Source of the DNA: Thermodesulfobacteriota bacterium
GTDB taxonomy: Bacteria > Desulfobacterota > Desulfobulbia > Desulfobulbales > SURF-16
Direction: 5' to 3'
Length of the DNA: 63,262 nucleotides
Assembly: GCA_034723545.1 (NCBI GenBank)
Contig: JAYEPA010000262.1
Coordinates: forward strand, 1-63,262
Below the pieces are notes generated by a model. The model saw only the letters and a program-made list of their open reading frames with translations, was not told the DNA's origin and did not search any database. Positions 8,046 to 18,246 of the stretch are shown here, in pieces. Position 1 is the first letter of the stretch; every line of letters starts with the position of its first letter. The position numbers and the translations under genes were made by a program.

Positions 8046-8912
8046 GTGCTAACCACGCCTGATAAAATCCTCGCCAACAAAAAACAGCCGCAGGTGGTTC
8101 TGACCATAGCCGGCTCCGACCCCTCCGGTGGAGCCGGAATCCAGGCAGACCTCAAAACTTTCTCCATCCTGGGTGTTTATGGCTGCGCGGCAATCACCGC
8201 CCTCACCGCCCAGAACACCCTGGGTGTTGAAGCCTGCCTCCCCGTTGATTCAAATTTTTTTCGCAAACAGGTGCAACTCGTCCTAAACGACATGCAGGTC
8301 AGCCACATCAAAATCGGCATGGTGGGAAGCAATGAAATTGCCGCCGTCATTGACGATCTTCTCGACTTCTTTCCGGGTGAAGTCATCTATGATCCGGTTC
8401 TCAGGGCCTCTGACGGTCACGCCCTGTTTGAACAAAAAAATCTGGAACCATTATTGCGTCATGTCGTGGCCCGGGCCACGGTTCTGACCCCCAACCTGAA
8501 CGAACTTGAACTCCTTACCGGTATGAGATGTCCGAAAAAAAAAGAAATGACTCATGCTGTGCAAAGTTTGCTTGCGCGGTTTCCTCGCTTACGGAGTGTC
8601 ATTGTCACAGGGGGCCATATCCACGAAGACCGGAAGATCGTGACCGATTTTCTCATCAGCCGAAAATTTGCCATGCAAACCACGGATCATCCGCGCATCA
8701 GAACCGAAAACAGCCACGGCACCGGCTGTACCTTTGCCTCGGCCTTTGCGGCCTTTCATCTCCTTTCTGGAGACGATGCCCACTCTTTTCGTCAAGCCGT
8801 CGGTTTTGTGGCCCAACTCCTTAAAAAAAGTGCAAGCTGGAAACTGGGCAGGGGCAATGGCCCCTTGGTGCATCATCTTTACCGACCTGATGCTTTGCAA
8901 ATTTTGAATTAA
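8046..8912 (+). CDS. thiD: hydroxymethylpyrimidine/phosphomethylpyrimidine kinase
   Basis: [22 protein letters not shown] and [10 protein letters not shown] motifs. Confidence 0.9.
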   Translation: MLTTPDKILANKKQPQVVLTIAGSDPSGGAGIQADLKTFSILGVYGCAAITALTAQNTLGVEACLPVDSNFFRKQVQLVLNDMQVSHIKIGMVGSNEIAAVIDDLLDFFPGEVIYDPVLRASDGHALFEQKNLEPLLRHVVARATVLTPNLNELELLTGMRCPKKKEMTHAVQSLLARFPRLRSVIVTGGHIHEDRKIVTDFLISRKFAMQTTDHPRIRTENSHGTGCTFASAFAAFHLLSGDDAHSFRQAVGFVAQLLKKSASWKLGRGNGPLVHHLYRPDALQILN

Positions 8913-8913
8913 C

Positions 8914-9065
8914 GTAACTATTCAGCTGCACCTCATCTTCGCTCATTTAGGCCTGCTTGAGTAGCACAAGTACGCTTCGCAGACCTAAATAAACGAATCT
9001 AAGGCACATCTGAACAGTTACGGAACTGTGGTTAGACCAGTTTGGTGCCCTACCTGAATAGTTAC
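8914..9065 (-). mobile_element. 152-bp MITE (family A), copy 2, inverted relative to copy 1, with 8-bp TSD GAATTAAC
   Basis: By hand alignment the reverse complement matches copy 1 at 147/152 positions. Flanked by gaattaac at 8906-8913 and 9066-9073. Confidence 0.85.
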
Positions 9066-9272
9066 GAATTAACAAAAAAATACTGACGTTTCGGTGCTGG
9101 TTCAGCTATCAGCGATAATGAGATTGCTTCGCCGTTATGAATCAATCTTGTGAGATGGATTGCAAATGCAGATAAAAAAAGAAAATGAGACGTGTGCCGG
9201 AATTTGAAATGGAGTAAACGCGAGGCTGGAGAATTTTGGATGATGAATGGTCACATCAAATGACTGAAAAGG

Positions 9273-9317
9273 TGCAAAAACAACAAGGCGGAAGAGATTT
9301 GACGCTCTTCCACCTTG
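9273..9317 (-). terminator. rho-independent terminator after the DUF1566 gene
   Basis: 13-bp stem that is fully paired (one G-U) only in the minus-strand RNA, followed by uuguuuuug. Confidence 0.7.
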
Positions 9318-9330
9318 TGTCTAACAAAAT

Positions 9331-10272
9331 CTATTCAATAGTGCGGCATAACCGGCCGAAGGCGCCCGGAATGGTGCCGGAGGCCCAGAAAATCGTGCCC
9401 TGTTTGTAATCACAGAACCAGTATCCACCTGGCTGGCGTTGTTCAGCCAGGAAGATAAAGGGTTGCTCCTTGGAAAAGCAGGGATGGAGATAGAGATCCT
9501 TATTGTTAAGATTCGGCTCCATCAGTGAAAGCGCCTCCTCAATGGTGGGCAGACGCCAGTTATTGTATCCGGCAAAATTGGTTTCATTCTGTTTTTTAAT
9601 ATATTTCCTGGTTTTTCCAATGCTGCAGATATCACATCCTTCCCGCTGCCACATCAGACCGGTTACCATATCCGTCACGGTAAGGGTATCCTGGTTGTCG
9701 ACCAGGTAATTTTCAAAAGAGCCTTCAGGGTTCAGGCGGGTTTCAAAAAAGTTATGTTTTTTGACTATTTGGGGAATCTGCTCGTCAACAATTTTTTTGG
9801 TTTCTGCCTCCAGGTGAATTGTTTTCAGCTCCGGAAGAGGTTCATGTTTGCCGGGCAGGCCGGATACCATTGACTCGATTTCTACTTCCTCGACAATCGG
9901 CGTTACCCTGAAGTCATCATCGCCATCAACAATGTGGTCAATGAGCCATTGTTTCAGTGAGTTATCAATGGCGTAGCTTTTGTCCAGGGTTATTGCTTTT
10001 CCCTGTGAGGCGACACATCTGTCTATCATTTTCTGGGGTGCATCAATTCGGGCCAGCACCTTGGCATGCCTGACTCCACGTTCCATGAGACAGAGTTGAG
10101 CCGGATTCGTTGAATTCTCAATGAAAAAATAATAAAATTTTTCAGAGTTATGACTGACTCTAATTCTTCCGCCCCAGCTTTCAAAGATTCCAAAAGTCTC
10201 CGCCGGAATCAGATCCCAGTCAATTGTTGGTTTTTCCCCATTTGAAAATGCAAGATTATCAAAAAGTCCCAT
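9331..10272 (-). CDS. hypothetical protein with C-terminal DUF1566 (Lcl C-terminal-like) domain
   Basis: GLMWQREGC and NWRLPTIEEALSL motifs typical of DUF1566. No signal peptide. GGAGGG RBS before the ATG at 10272 (the track ORF starts at TTG 10287). Confidence 0.65.
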   Translation of the reverse strand: MGLFDNLAFSNGEKPTIDWDLIPAETFGIFESWGGRIRVSHNSEKFYYFFIENSTNPAQLCLMERGVRHAKVLARIDAPQKMIDRCVASQGKAITLDKSYAIDNSLKQWLIDHIVDGDDDFRVTPIVEEVEIESMVSGLPGKHEPLPELKTIHLEAETKKIVDEQIPQIVKKHNFFETRLNPEGSFENYLVDNQDTLTVTDMVTGLMWQREGCDICSIGKTRKYIKKQNETNFAGYNNWRLPTIEEALSLMEPNLNNKDLYLHPCFSKEQPFIFLAEQRQPGGYWFCDYKQGTIFWASGTIPGAFGRLCRTIE

Positions 10273-10501
10273 GATTTTACCCTCCAAGTTGATTTATTTT
10301 TATGTAATCCTTCACCAGCACCTCAAACGAACAAATCTGAGGTACTGGTAAACGATTACAAGACTGTGGTTGCCATAAAATCGGTGTTCCGGTGAACGGT
10401 TACGTTTTTATTGGCTCAAACTTATTGTCTGAAAATCATGATTTTATAGTAAACATGAAAATTAAAAATTACAAGTAATAACTGTTATTATTGTTTTTAA
10501 A

Positions 10502-10533
10502 TAAAAAAAGGCGCCGGAAGTCCGGCGCCTTTT
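10502..10533 (-). terminator. rho-independent terminator after acs
   Basis: GC stem ggcgccgg/ccggcgcc with a 4-nt loop, flanked by an A7 run on the + strand (T-run on the minus strand) and ttttaaaa on the other side. Confidence 0.8.
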
Positions 10534-10555
10534 AAAAGTAAAACTGAGTGTATCT

Positions 10556-12541
10556 TTAACTCTTCATTTCTTTGTTACCATCAACAAGAATATCAACAAC
10601 CGACGGATCGGCTAAGGTTGAAGTGTCACCAAAGTCATCCTGGCCTGCAGCAATTTTGCGTAGAATACGGCGCATGATTTTACCGCTTCTGGTCTTGGGA
10701 AGACCATCGGAAAACTGGATAAACTCAGGAACTGCAATCGGTCCGATTTCTTGTCTGACATGCAGCTTTAACGCTTTAAACAGATCGTCATCGCCTTCAC
10801 GACCGGCTTTCAGTGAAACATAGGCGTAAATGGTCTGGCCTTTGATTTCGTGGGGCGCGCCGACAACGGCTGCCTCTGCCACGGCCTCGTGGGAGACGAG
10901 AGCTGATTCAATCTCGGCGGTGCCAAGGCGGTGGCCGGAGACATTAATAACATCATCAAGGCGGCCCATGATCCAGAAATAGCCGTCCTCATCCCTGCGG
11001 ACCCCGTCTTCCGGATCATAGATGCCGGGATACTTGTCAAAGTAGGTTTTTTTGAACCGTTCCGGATCTTTGAAAACACCACGCAGCATGCCCGGCCATG
11101 GTTGTTTAACAACCAGATGACCACCTTCATTAGCAGGCACCTCTTCGCCTGCTTCATTATAAACACTAAGATCAATGCCCGGCAGTGGAAAGGTGGCGGA
11201 GCCGGGTTTCAGCGGCGTTGCAAAGGGAAGAGCTGAGATCATAATGCCGCCGGTCTCGGTCTGCCACCATGTATCGACAATGGGCAGTTTGGAGCCACCG
11301 ATATGTTCATGATACCACATCCAGGCCTCGGGATTAATGGGCTCGCCTACAGATCCCAGGAGACGCAGGGAGGAGAGATCATATGTCTGGGTCCACTTGC
11401 TGCCTTCGCGCATCAGGGCCCTGATAACGGTGGGTGCGGTGTAAAAGATGTTGACTTTAAATTTTTCAACAATTTTCCAGAAGCGGTCCGGAGCCGGATA
11501 GGAAGGCACACCCTCGAACATTAATGAGGTGGCGCCCAGGGCAAGAGGCCCGTACAGAATATAAGTGTGACCGGTGATCCAGCCGATATCGGCAGTACAC
11601 CAGTAAACATCATCATCTTTCAGATCAAAGACCCACTGGCAGGTATGGGCGGCATAGGTCAGGTAACCGCCGGTGGTGTGCACGACGCCCTTGGGTTTGC
11701 CGGTACTGCCGCTGGTGTAGAGGATAAAAAGGATATCTTCAGCATCCATGCTTTCAGGCGGGCAGTTGTCAGTAATGTCCTCAGCCGTCATGGCTTCATG
11801 CCACCAGAGATCGCGGCCTTCCTGCATGTTCACTTCGTTGCCGCCCCGTTTGACGACAATGCAGTTTTTGACGGAATCACATTCCTCCAAGGCACTGTCA
11901 GCATTAGGTTTTAAGGGAATAGTCTTACCAGCCCGGACAACGGCATCAGCCGTGATTAACACCTTTGCTTCGCAATCCTGTGCCCGGCTCTTCAGACTCT
12001 GGGCGCTGAAACCGGCAAAAACCACGGAATGCATGGCGCCGATGCGGGCACAGGCCAGCAGGGAAATGGATAACTCGGGAATCATGGGCAGGTAAATGGC
12101 AACCCGGTCACCTTTCTGCACACCCAGTTTTTTTAAAACATTGGCAAAGCGGCAGACCTCGCGGTGCAGCATCTGGTAGGTGTAGACTTTCACATCATCT
12201 TCTGATTCACCCTGCCAGATCAGGGCAGCCTTGTTGCGTCGACCATTGGTTAAGTGACGGTCAAGGCAGTTATAGGAGACATTTAATTTGCCGCCGTCAA
12301 ACCATTTGATTTCCGGCTTATGGAGATCAGCATCAAGTACGGTATCCCATTTTTTGTCCCAGCTGACCAGCTCCTCGGCCCGGTCGGCCCAGAAACCCTC
12401 GGGATCTTCCATGGACCGCTTATAAATGGCTTTATATTCGTCCATGGATTTGACATAGGCGTCAGCCTGGCCCGCGGCCGGCGGTTCAAAAATACGCTTT
12501 TCCTTCATCAGGCTTTGAATTTTTTGTTCTTCAGTGCTCAT
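10556..12541 (-). CDS. acs: acetyl-CoA synthetase
   Basis: 661 aa with [14 protein letters not shown]-binding motif, WWQTETGG and a SGKIMRR C-terminus. AGGAGG RBS. Confidence 0.95.
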   Translation of the reverse strand: MSTEEQKIQSLMKEKRIFEPPAAGQADAYVKSMDEYKAIYKRSMEDPEGFWADRAEELVSWDKKWDTVLDADLHKPEIKWFDGGKLNVSYNCLDRHLTNGRRNKAALIWQGESEDDVKVYTYQMLHREVCRFANVLKKLGVQKGDRVAIYLPMIPELSISLLACARIGAMHSVVFAGFSAQSLKSRAQDCEAKVLITADAVVRAGKTIPLKPNADSALEECDSVKNCIVVKRGGNEVNMQEGRDLWWHEAMTAEDITDNCPPESMDAEDILFILYTSGSTGKPKGVVHTTGGYLTYAAHTCQWVFDLKDDDVYWCTADIGWITGHTYILYGPLALGATSLMFEGVPSYPAPDRFWKIVEKFKVNIFYTAPTVIRALMREGSKWTQTYDLSSLRLLGSVGEPINPEAWMWYHEHIGGSKLPIVDTWWQTETGGIMISALPFATPLKPGSATFPLPGIDLSVYNEAGEEVPANEGGHLVVKQPWPGMLRGVFKDPERFKKTYFDKYPGIYDPEDGVRRDEDGYFWIMGRLDDVINVSGHRLGTAEIESALVSHEAVAEAAVVGAPHEIKGQTIYAYVSLKAGREGDDDLFKALKLHVRQEIGPIAVPEFIQFSDGLPKTRSGKIMRRILRKIAAGQDDFGDTSTLADPSVVDILVDGNKEMKS

Positions 12542-12785
12542 TGTGCCTCCTGATCGTGTTAAAAAATGCTGTTAAGATTTCTTCTATTCTGAAAAGTAAG
12601 GTTTCTTTTCAGGTGAAACCGGTAAAGTTACCTATATGAATAACATCTTTTGATAATCAATCTCGTAAGAGAGGTCAAGCTAAAAAAACAGGGATCTCGT
12701 TTTGGTAATTCTTCAAGAGTAAGAAAAAATTTTTGGACTTTTAGCCAAGAAGCTGTCTAAAATTAGAGGATGTTAAGAAAACAAC

Positions 12786-14021
12786 ATGATACGAATTTAC
12801 AAAAAAACCATACACGACAGAACATTGAGACAAGATAAAACATCTATTTCGTCCATTTCATGGATATTATGGATCATTTTTTTTCTACTTTCTGCAGCAA
12901 CCCACGTTAAGGCTGACCGTGGCATACCTGTAAAAATGGTAAAGGCGGACAGTCTGCCCGGGATGACGTATTTTTCTCTTTTGTCTCTGGAGCAGGCAGT
13001 TCAGGCAAGTTTGACTTATTACCACCGTCTACCGGCTGAACGGAAATTTCAGGTCTGTGACAGAACCCTGACAGCTGCGGAGCAGATTCAGGCCCTGGAG
13101 CATTTTCTGACTGTAGTCAGAAGGAGTCGGACTCCTGCCGAATTATGGCCGAAGATCACAGACCAATTCGATTTTTGCCGACCTGCCGATACCGAGATGC
13201 TTGTCACCGGCTATTATGAACCTATTTTTAGCGGCTCTCTGCAAAAAAACGATAAATATTCGTATCCGCTCTACTCCCTGCCACCGGATCTGATCGTCCA
13301 TCGTCAGGATGGTAAAAAAAGGGTGGGGCGTCTGGAAAACGGATCATTTGTTCCATACTTCCGCCGGCAAGAGATCGAAAAGAAAAATCTATTGGCCGGT
13401 CTGGAATTGGTCTACCTGTCCGACCCTTTTGAAGTTTTTCTGCTGCATATTCAGGGTTCTGGAAGAATCAGACTGGAGAATGGCGCAACGAGACTGGTTC
13501 GCTACGGGGGCAGTAACGGCAGGGAGTACACGAGCATCGGCAAGGTGCTGGTGGACAGGGGCAAATTGTCGTTGGCTGATATTGATATGGAGGCCATTCG
13601 CCGCTATCTTCGCCGGCATTCCGATGAAATGGAGGAAATTCTCCACAAAAATGATCGCTTTATCTTTTTTAGCATGTCCGAGGCAGATGAAGAATCAGCA
13701 GCCGCCTCTCCGCCGGGAAGTCTTGGCCGGCCGTTGACCCCCGGACATTCCGTTGCCCTGGATCAGCATTGTTATCCGGCCGGAGCATTGGCTTTGCTGG
13801 TCACAGATTACCCACTCGTTGATGAAAAGGGCGGAGTGAAAGGCTGGACGGATCTGGTTCGTTTTGTCTTGAATCAGGACAGCGGCTCGGCGATTAAAGG
13901 ATTGCGCCGGGTTGATCTTTTCCTGGGAAGCGGCGCTGAAGCCGAGTTTGCGGCAGGCATGATGAAACAGTCAGGAAGACTTTATTTTCTGGTCGAGAAG
14001 ACCGGTAAGGAGGAGAAATGA
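12786..14021 (+). CDS. mltA: membrane-bound lytic murein transglycosylase A
   Basis: MltA-type GYYEP motif and 3D domain (DSGSAIKGLRRVDLFLGSG). N-terminal membrane anchor. Confidence 0.8.
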   Translation: MIRIYKKTIHDRTLRQDKTSISSISWILWIIFFLLSAATHVKADRGIPVKMVKADSLPGMTYFSLLSLEQAVQASLTYYHRLPAERKFQVCDRTLTAAEQIQALEHFLTVVRRSRTPAELWPKITDQFDFCRPADTEMLVTGYYEPIFSGSLQKNDKYSYPLYSLPPDLIVHRQDGKKRVGRLENGSFVPYFRRQEIEKKNLLAGLELVYLSDPFEVFLLHIQGSGRIRLENGATRLVRYGGSNGREYTSIGKVLVDRGKLSLADIDMEAIRRYLRRHSDEMEEILHKNDRFIFFSMSEADEESAAASPPGSLGRPLTPGHSVALDQHCYPAGALALLVTDYPLVDEKGGVKGWTDLVRFVLNQDSGSAIKGLRRVDLFLGSGAEAEFAAGMMKQSGRLYFLVEKTGKEEK

Positions 14022-15196
14022 AACAACCGGAGATTGATTACTGGATTGCCACAATGCTTGAAACCTATGGCAATGTCTCGGATCTCAATGTCACGGTGGG
14101 AAAGCCCCTGCAGGTTGAATCCGCCGGGCAGCTCAAACCGGTCAGTGTGAAGCCTGAAGTCATGGAACTTACCCCTTTTCAGGCCGAGGTGTTTGCTTTA
14201 AACGTGATTGGCCGCGACAAGAGACTTTTAGGCCACCTGGTGGAATCAGGCTCCTGTGATCTCTCGTACTTTCTTGGCCGTAAAGCCAGGTTCAGGGTCA
14301 ATATTTTTTCACAGAAAAAGAATTTGACCACGGTACTCAGGAAGCTGCCCACTGAGATTCCCTCCATTGAAGGTTTGAACCTTCCTCAGGTTACGAACAA
14401 GATGGCGGCCGAATTAAACGGAATGATTTTGGTCACCGGCGCCACAGGTTCGGGTAAATCGACAACCCTGGCCGCTATTTTGCGAAAAATTAATCATGAA
14501 AAGTCCGTCCATGTGGTCACCCTTGAAGATCCCATTGAGTTTGTTCATCCCCATATTAAAGCAACCTTCAATCAGCGGGAGCTGGGTAATGATTTTGATC
14601 AGTTTTCCACGGGACTGAGGGCGGCCTTGCGCCAGGCTCCCAAGGTTATTCTGGTGGGTGAGATGCGCGACAGGGAAACCATGGAAATCGGATTGAGTGC
14701 CTCGGAGACCGGTCATCTTGTTTTGAGTACGCTGCATACGGTTGATGCCGGCTCCACCGTTAACCGTTGCCTGGGTATGTTTGATTACGAGGAACAGCCT
14801 CAGATCAGGAATCGGCTGGTTGATACCCTGCGCTGGGTCGTCTGCCAGAGACTGTTGCCCAAGGTGGGGGGAGGACGGGTAGCGGCCTTCGAGATCATGG
14901 GAATGAACCTGCGGGTCCAGGAGGTTGTTCTCCATGGCGAGTCCGAGGGGAAAACTTTTTACGAGATTATCCAGGATGGCACGGCCATGGGCTGGTCAAC
15001 TTTTGATCAGTATATTCTCAAGCTCTATGAACGAGGCCTGGTGACCGAGGAAACCGCCATGAGCTACTGTACCCGCAGTAGTGCCGTGGGTCGCGGTCTT
15101 GACCAGATCAAGGCAGCCAAGGGCGAGTCCACCACCGGTATCACCGGGCTGGCCATGGAACAGGAAGAAAAACAAGATCCCTTTAACGGAATGTGA
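14018..15196 (+). CDS. pilT: type IV pilus twitching motility ATPase PilT
   Basis: Walker A GATGSGKSTTLAA, Walker B ILVGEMRD and the GHLVLSTLHT motif. Overlaps the mltA stop by 4 nt. Confidence 0.9.
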   Translation: MKQPEIDYWIATMLETYGNVSDLNVTVGKPLQVESAGQLKPVSVKPEVMELTPFQAEVFALNVIGRDKRLLGHLVESGSCDLSYFLGRKARFRVNIFSQKKNLTTVLRKLPTEIPSIEGLNLPQVTNKMAAELNGMILVTGATGSGKSTTLAAILRKINHEKSVHVVTLEDPIEFVHPHIKATFNQRELGNDFDQFSTGLRAALRQAPKVILVGEMRDRETMEIGLSASETGHLVLSTLHTVDAGSTVNRCLGMFDYEEQPQIRNRLVDTLRWVVCQRLLPKVGGGRVAAFEIMGMNLRVQEVVLHGESEGKTFYEIIQDGTAMGWSTFDQYILKLYERGLVTEETAMSYCTRSSAVGRGLDQIKAAKGESTTGITGLAMEQEEKQDPFNGM

Positions 15197-15437
15197 CATC
15201 GGAAGCCGGATGCGGCTGAGTTTCGCTTCAACTTTCAACATCTTCGCTTCATTCTACTTTGGGAATATACACAGTTTTTATATGGGTAGGTGGGTTAAGA
15301 TTTGAGACATGCAATTTCTTGTTGGGTTTTAGCCCTATACTCACATACAGTTTTTGCCAACACCTCAAACCCAACAAGATGTGGTGCTTGATCAGGTTTA
15401 ACTGATTCGTTTTATTTAAAATACGCGGGAGAATGTA

Positions 15438-16172
15438 ATGATTGCCGAATGCCCCCATTGTCAGCATCCATTAAAGCTGACAGAGAACCAGCTTGCTAAA
15501 ATTGAAAAGGCCCTCGCCGGACTGCAGCCTGGAAAATTTTTAAAATTGGGCTGTCCCAATTGCAAAAAGGCTATTGAACTGGACAGGGACGGTTCAACGG
15601 CCGTCGGGAAAAAACAGCCTCCGGGAGATTCCGCTGGATTGCAGGCCAAAAAGGAGCAGGAACCCAAGGGGCCGCCGGTTCCACCGGCAGAGCCTGATAT
15701 TGATTGGCTGAAAAGTGGCGAATTAGAAGAAAAAGAAATGCTTGGTGATGTGACCCAGGTGTTGATTTTAATGGCGGCAAGTGAGTTACGAGATCAAATC
15801 GTTTCCGCCTTTGAGAATAGAGGATATAAACCAGTCTATCCCGAGTCCGCCGCCGATGCGATTAAGCGAATGCGTTTTGTTCATTTTGCGGCCGTGGTGC
15901 TGCATGTCAATTTTGAAGGGAATCTCGCCTCCTCTGTTTTTCATCAACACATGAGGGCTCTGTTGATGACCCAGCGTCGTTCGATTTATTATGTGCTGAT
16001 CGGACCCGATTTTCATACTCTGTACGATCTTGAGGCCCTGTCAAACAGCGTCAACCTAGTGGTGAATGAAAGCGAAATTGACCGGTTCGACTTGATTTTG
16101 AGAAAAGGTCTGCAGGACCATGATGACCTTTTCGGGCTCTATATCAAGATGCTGAAAGAGCATGGCCGGTAA
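15438..16172 (+). CDS. zinc-ribbon (CPHC...CPNC) protein with C-terminal pseudo-receiver-like domain
   Basis: N-terminal CxxC-x32-CxxC ribbon, a Pro/Lys-rich linker, and a ~120-aa CheY-like segment lacking the acidic pocket (VLILMAASE; AAVVLHVNF). Confidence 0.7.
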   Translation: MIAECPHCQHPLKLTENQLAKIEKALAGLQPGKFLKLGCPNCKKAIELDRDGSTAVGKKQPPGDSAGLQAKKEQEPKGPPVPPAEPDIDWLKSGELEEKEMLGDVTQVLILMAASELRDQIVSAFENRGYKPVYPESAADAIKRMRFVHFAAVVLHVNFEGNLASSVFHQHMRALLMTQRRSIYYVLIGPDFHTLYDLEALSNSVNLVVNESEIDRFDLILRKGLQDHDDLFGLYIKMLKEHGR

Positions 16173-16329
16173 TGATCCGTGTGCACAATATGGGCTTAAC
16201 TGTTGCTCAATTACCTGCCATATTTAAACTATTTAACTCAACACAGTCGCAGAAAAGGTCAATATTGGCAAGATACATTTTACTGAAACTTTGGCAACGG
16301 CAATAGCGTAAAAATACAGGTCTATCAAA

Positions 16330-16995
16330 ATGCAAAGAAAACAAACGAAGGGGACTAAGGATGCTTTTGGTATGTTTCCCGATTTGATGGATACTATCTC
16401 AGTAGATAAACAACATGTTGCAGAAAAGAAGGAAATAAAGACGCGGGCTAAAATCGGCAAAAAAAAAACAGCCTAAACTCGGTAAACTACCCGTGGCGCC
16501 CACTAAACCGCCGGATATCAGCTGGTTGTGGACAGGGCGGCATGAAGATTATAGCCAAGCTAAAGATGTTCCAACAGCCCTTGTTCTCATGGCTGACGGT
16601 AAAAAAAAACTGTTGTTTCAATAATTTTGAAAGAGTTAGGCTACCAGGTTGAGGTTGTCGATACACCGCTTGAGGCCATTGAGAAAATACGATCATTCAA
16701 TATTACGGTGATAATATTGCACACCGAGTTTGAGGAAGGTGCTCTCTCTGACTCAACGTTTCATGAATATATGAAATGGCTTCCTATGGAAAAAAGGAGG
16801 CCTATTGTTTATATGCTTATCGGGCCGAAATTTCGCACACTCTATAATCTTGAAGCCCTTTCCATTAGTGCTAATCTTGTCGTCAATGACAGGGACATAA
16901 AGAATCTGAGTTTGATCCTGAGAAAAAGTTTTTCTGATTACGAAGAACTGTTCCGCCCCTTTTTAGAGGCCTTGAGCGGATCTGAAAAACGATAA
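16330..16995 (+). pseudogene. decayed tandem paralog of the 15438-16172 gene, interrupted at two poly-A tracts
   Basis: Three frame segments (16330-16476, 16469-16624, 16609-16995) together align to the upstream gene: IGKKKQPK~VGKKQPP, PPDISWL~EPDIDWL, ALVLMA~VLILMA, LIGPKFRTLYNLEALS~LIGPDFHTLYDLEALS. Frame switches fall at A10 (16459-16468) and A9 (16601-16609). No zinc ribbon remains. Confidence 0.6.
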
Positions 16996-17046
16996 AATAT
17001 AAGTGGTACTATTCTTTAAAATTCAGCATGTTGTGGTCTCAAGAGA

Positions 17047-18200
17047 TTAACCGAAGGGATTTGTTTCCCCTGAGATGTCTGGAAATATATTCATTTTGTC
17101 AATGTTCCATTTGTCAGGAGATTCGTAGCTGGAAACGTTGAGCCCCATTCTAGACAAATCAAGATCCTCTACGGGGATGTCAGCTTTCTTTTGATCGTCA
17201 TAAAAGATACGTACAACGGGTTGTAAAATATTATCTGTTGAGCCGGTAACCACCCCTATAAGATTGTTTTCGAGTTTGACGCACGAACCAATTGGGTAGA
17301 CACCGATGCAACGGATAAATTTAAAAGTCAGTTCCTTGTTGAAATGAAAATTACTCCACTCATAAAGTTTTTTGAGCCCCGTAACGCTATCGAAAGCGTT
17401 TTTGTAACATCGCGCAGAGGTAATGGCATCGTAGACGTCACAAATTGCGGCCATCTGTGAACCAAATTGGATTTCGTCTCCCTTTAGACCGTGCGGGTAT
17501 CCTGATCCATCGAAACGTTCGTGGTGATGCATTGCCATGTCATGGGCTTCAGGTGGTAATCCTTTTGACTTTTCCATGGCTTTTGCGGAATATTCCGAAT
17601 GTTTCTTCATTATTTTGAATTCCTCGTCAGTAAGTTTTCCAGGCTTGTTAAGAATGGAAAGCGGAATTTTTGTTTTACCGACGTCATGAAACAGTGCGCC
17701 TACAGCTAGATTCATTGTCATTTCGTGGGGTATGTCGCAAAATTTGCAAAAGGCCAGAACTAAAGAACCAACACTGATAGAATGCATGAGTGTGTATTCA
17801 TCTTTCCTTCTGATTCGGGTCAGCAGTATAAGTGCATCGTGATTGCGGCTAACCGACTCCTCCATTTTTTCAATAAGATCATAAGCGTGGCCAGCCTCAA
17901 GCAGTTTTCCATCCTGAGAGGAATTTTTGGGGATACGGAGGGTTGAGCCACGGCCATTTTATGCAGGGCCTTGGCGGTTGACCGTGGCATTTCCCGTACT
18001 GTTTTGGTATGTGCAATGTCAACTCCCCTTGCAGTATCGATAAATACCTCTTTGATTCCCCAGGACCGTATAATCTCGATCGCCTTATCAGTTTTTATCA
18101 GGGTTTGATTGATTAAGACATTTTCTCCCGTCATTTTACAGTTGAAATCGTGGATAAATATCCCGGGTCTGAGCTGGTCTACATGTATTTTTCTTATCAT
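17047..18200 (-). pseudogene. DUF3391 + HD-GYP domain c-di-GMP phosphodiesterase, split by a frameshift
   Basis: ORF 17820-18200 has the DUF3391-like N-terminus (IHVDQLRPGIFIHDF). ORF 17047-17865 has HDVGK and HHERFDGSGYPHGL (HD-GYP). The downstream frame is open back to 17958, so the frame change lies in 17823-17958, where a T5G4 run sits at 17924-17932. Confidence 0.7.
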
Positions 18201-18246
18201 GCTTGTGGACTTGTTTTAATGAGCCTATTTTTGGCAGTTGAAAGCA

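Noticed and set aside
5893-9065. Composite-transposon interpretation: two inverted copies of the same MITE flanking OMP-slyD-thiD
   Set aside because: Each MITE has its own matching 8-bp duplication (AGAAGTTT and GAATTAAC). The outer flanks of the pair do not match each other, so the copies inserted independently and did not move the segment as a unit.
9331-9500. Diversity-generating retroelement target (DUF1566 C-terminus as a variable repeat)
   Set aside because: No reverse transcriptase ORF and no second near-identical copy (template repeat) of the 3' end could be found in the window.
10313-10350. Shared box cacctcaaac..aacaa between the DUF1566 leader hairpin (10313-10350) and the pilT-downstream hairpin (15318-15378)
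   Set aside because: Only about 20 of 24 nt match, and the surrounding hairpin architectures differ. This is too little to separate from chance without a genome-wide count.
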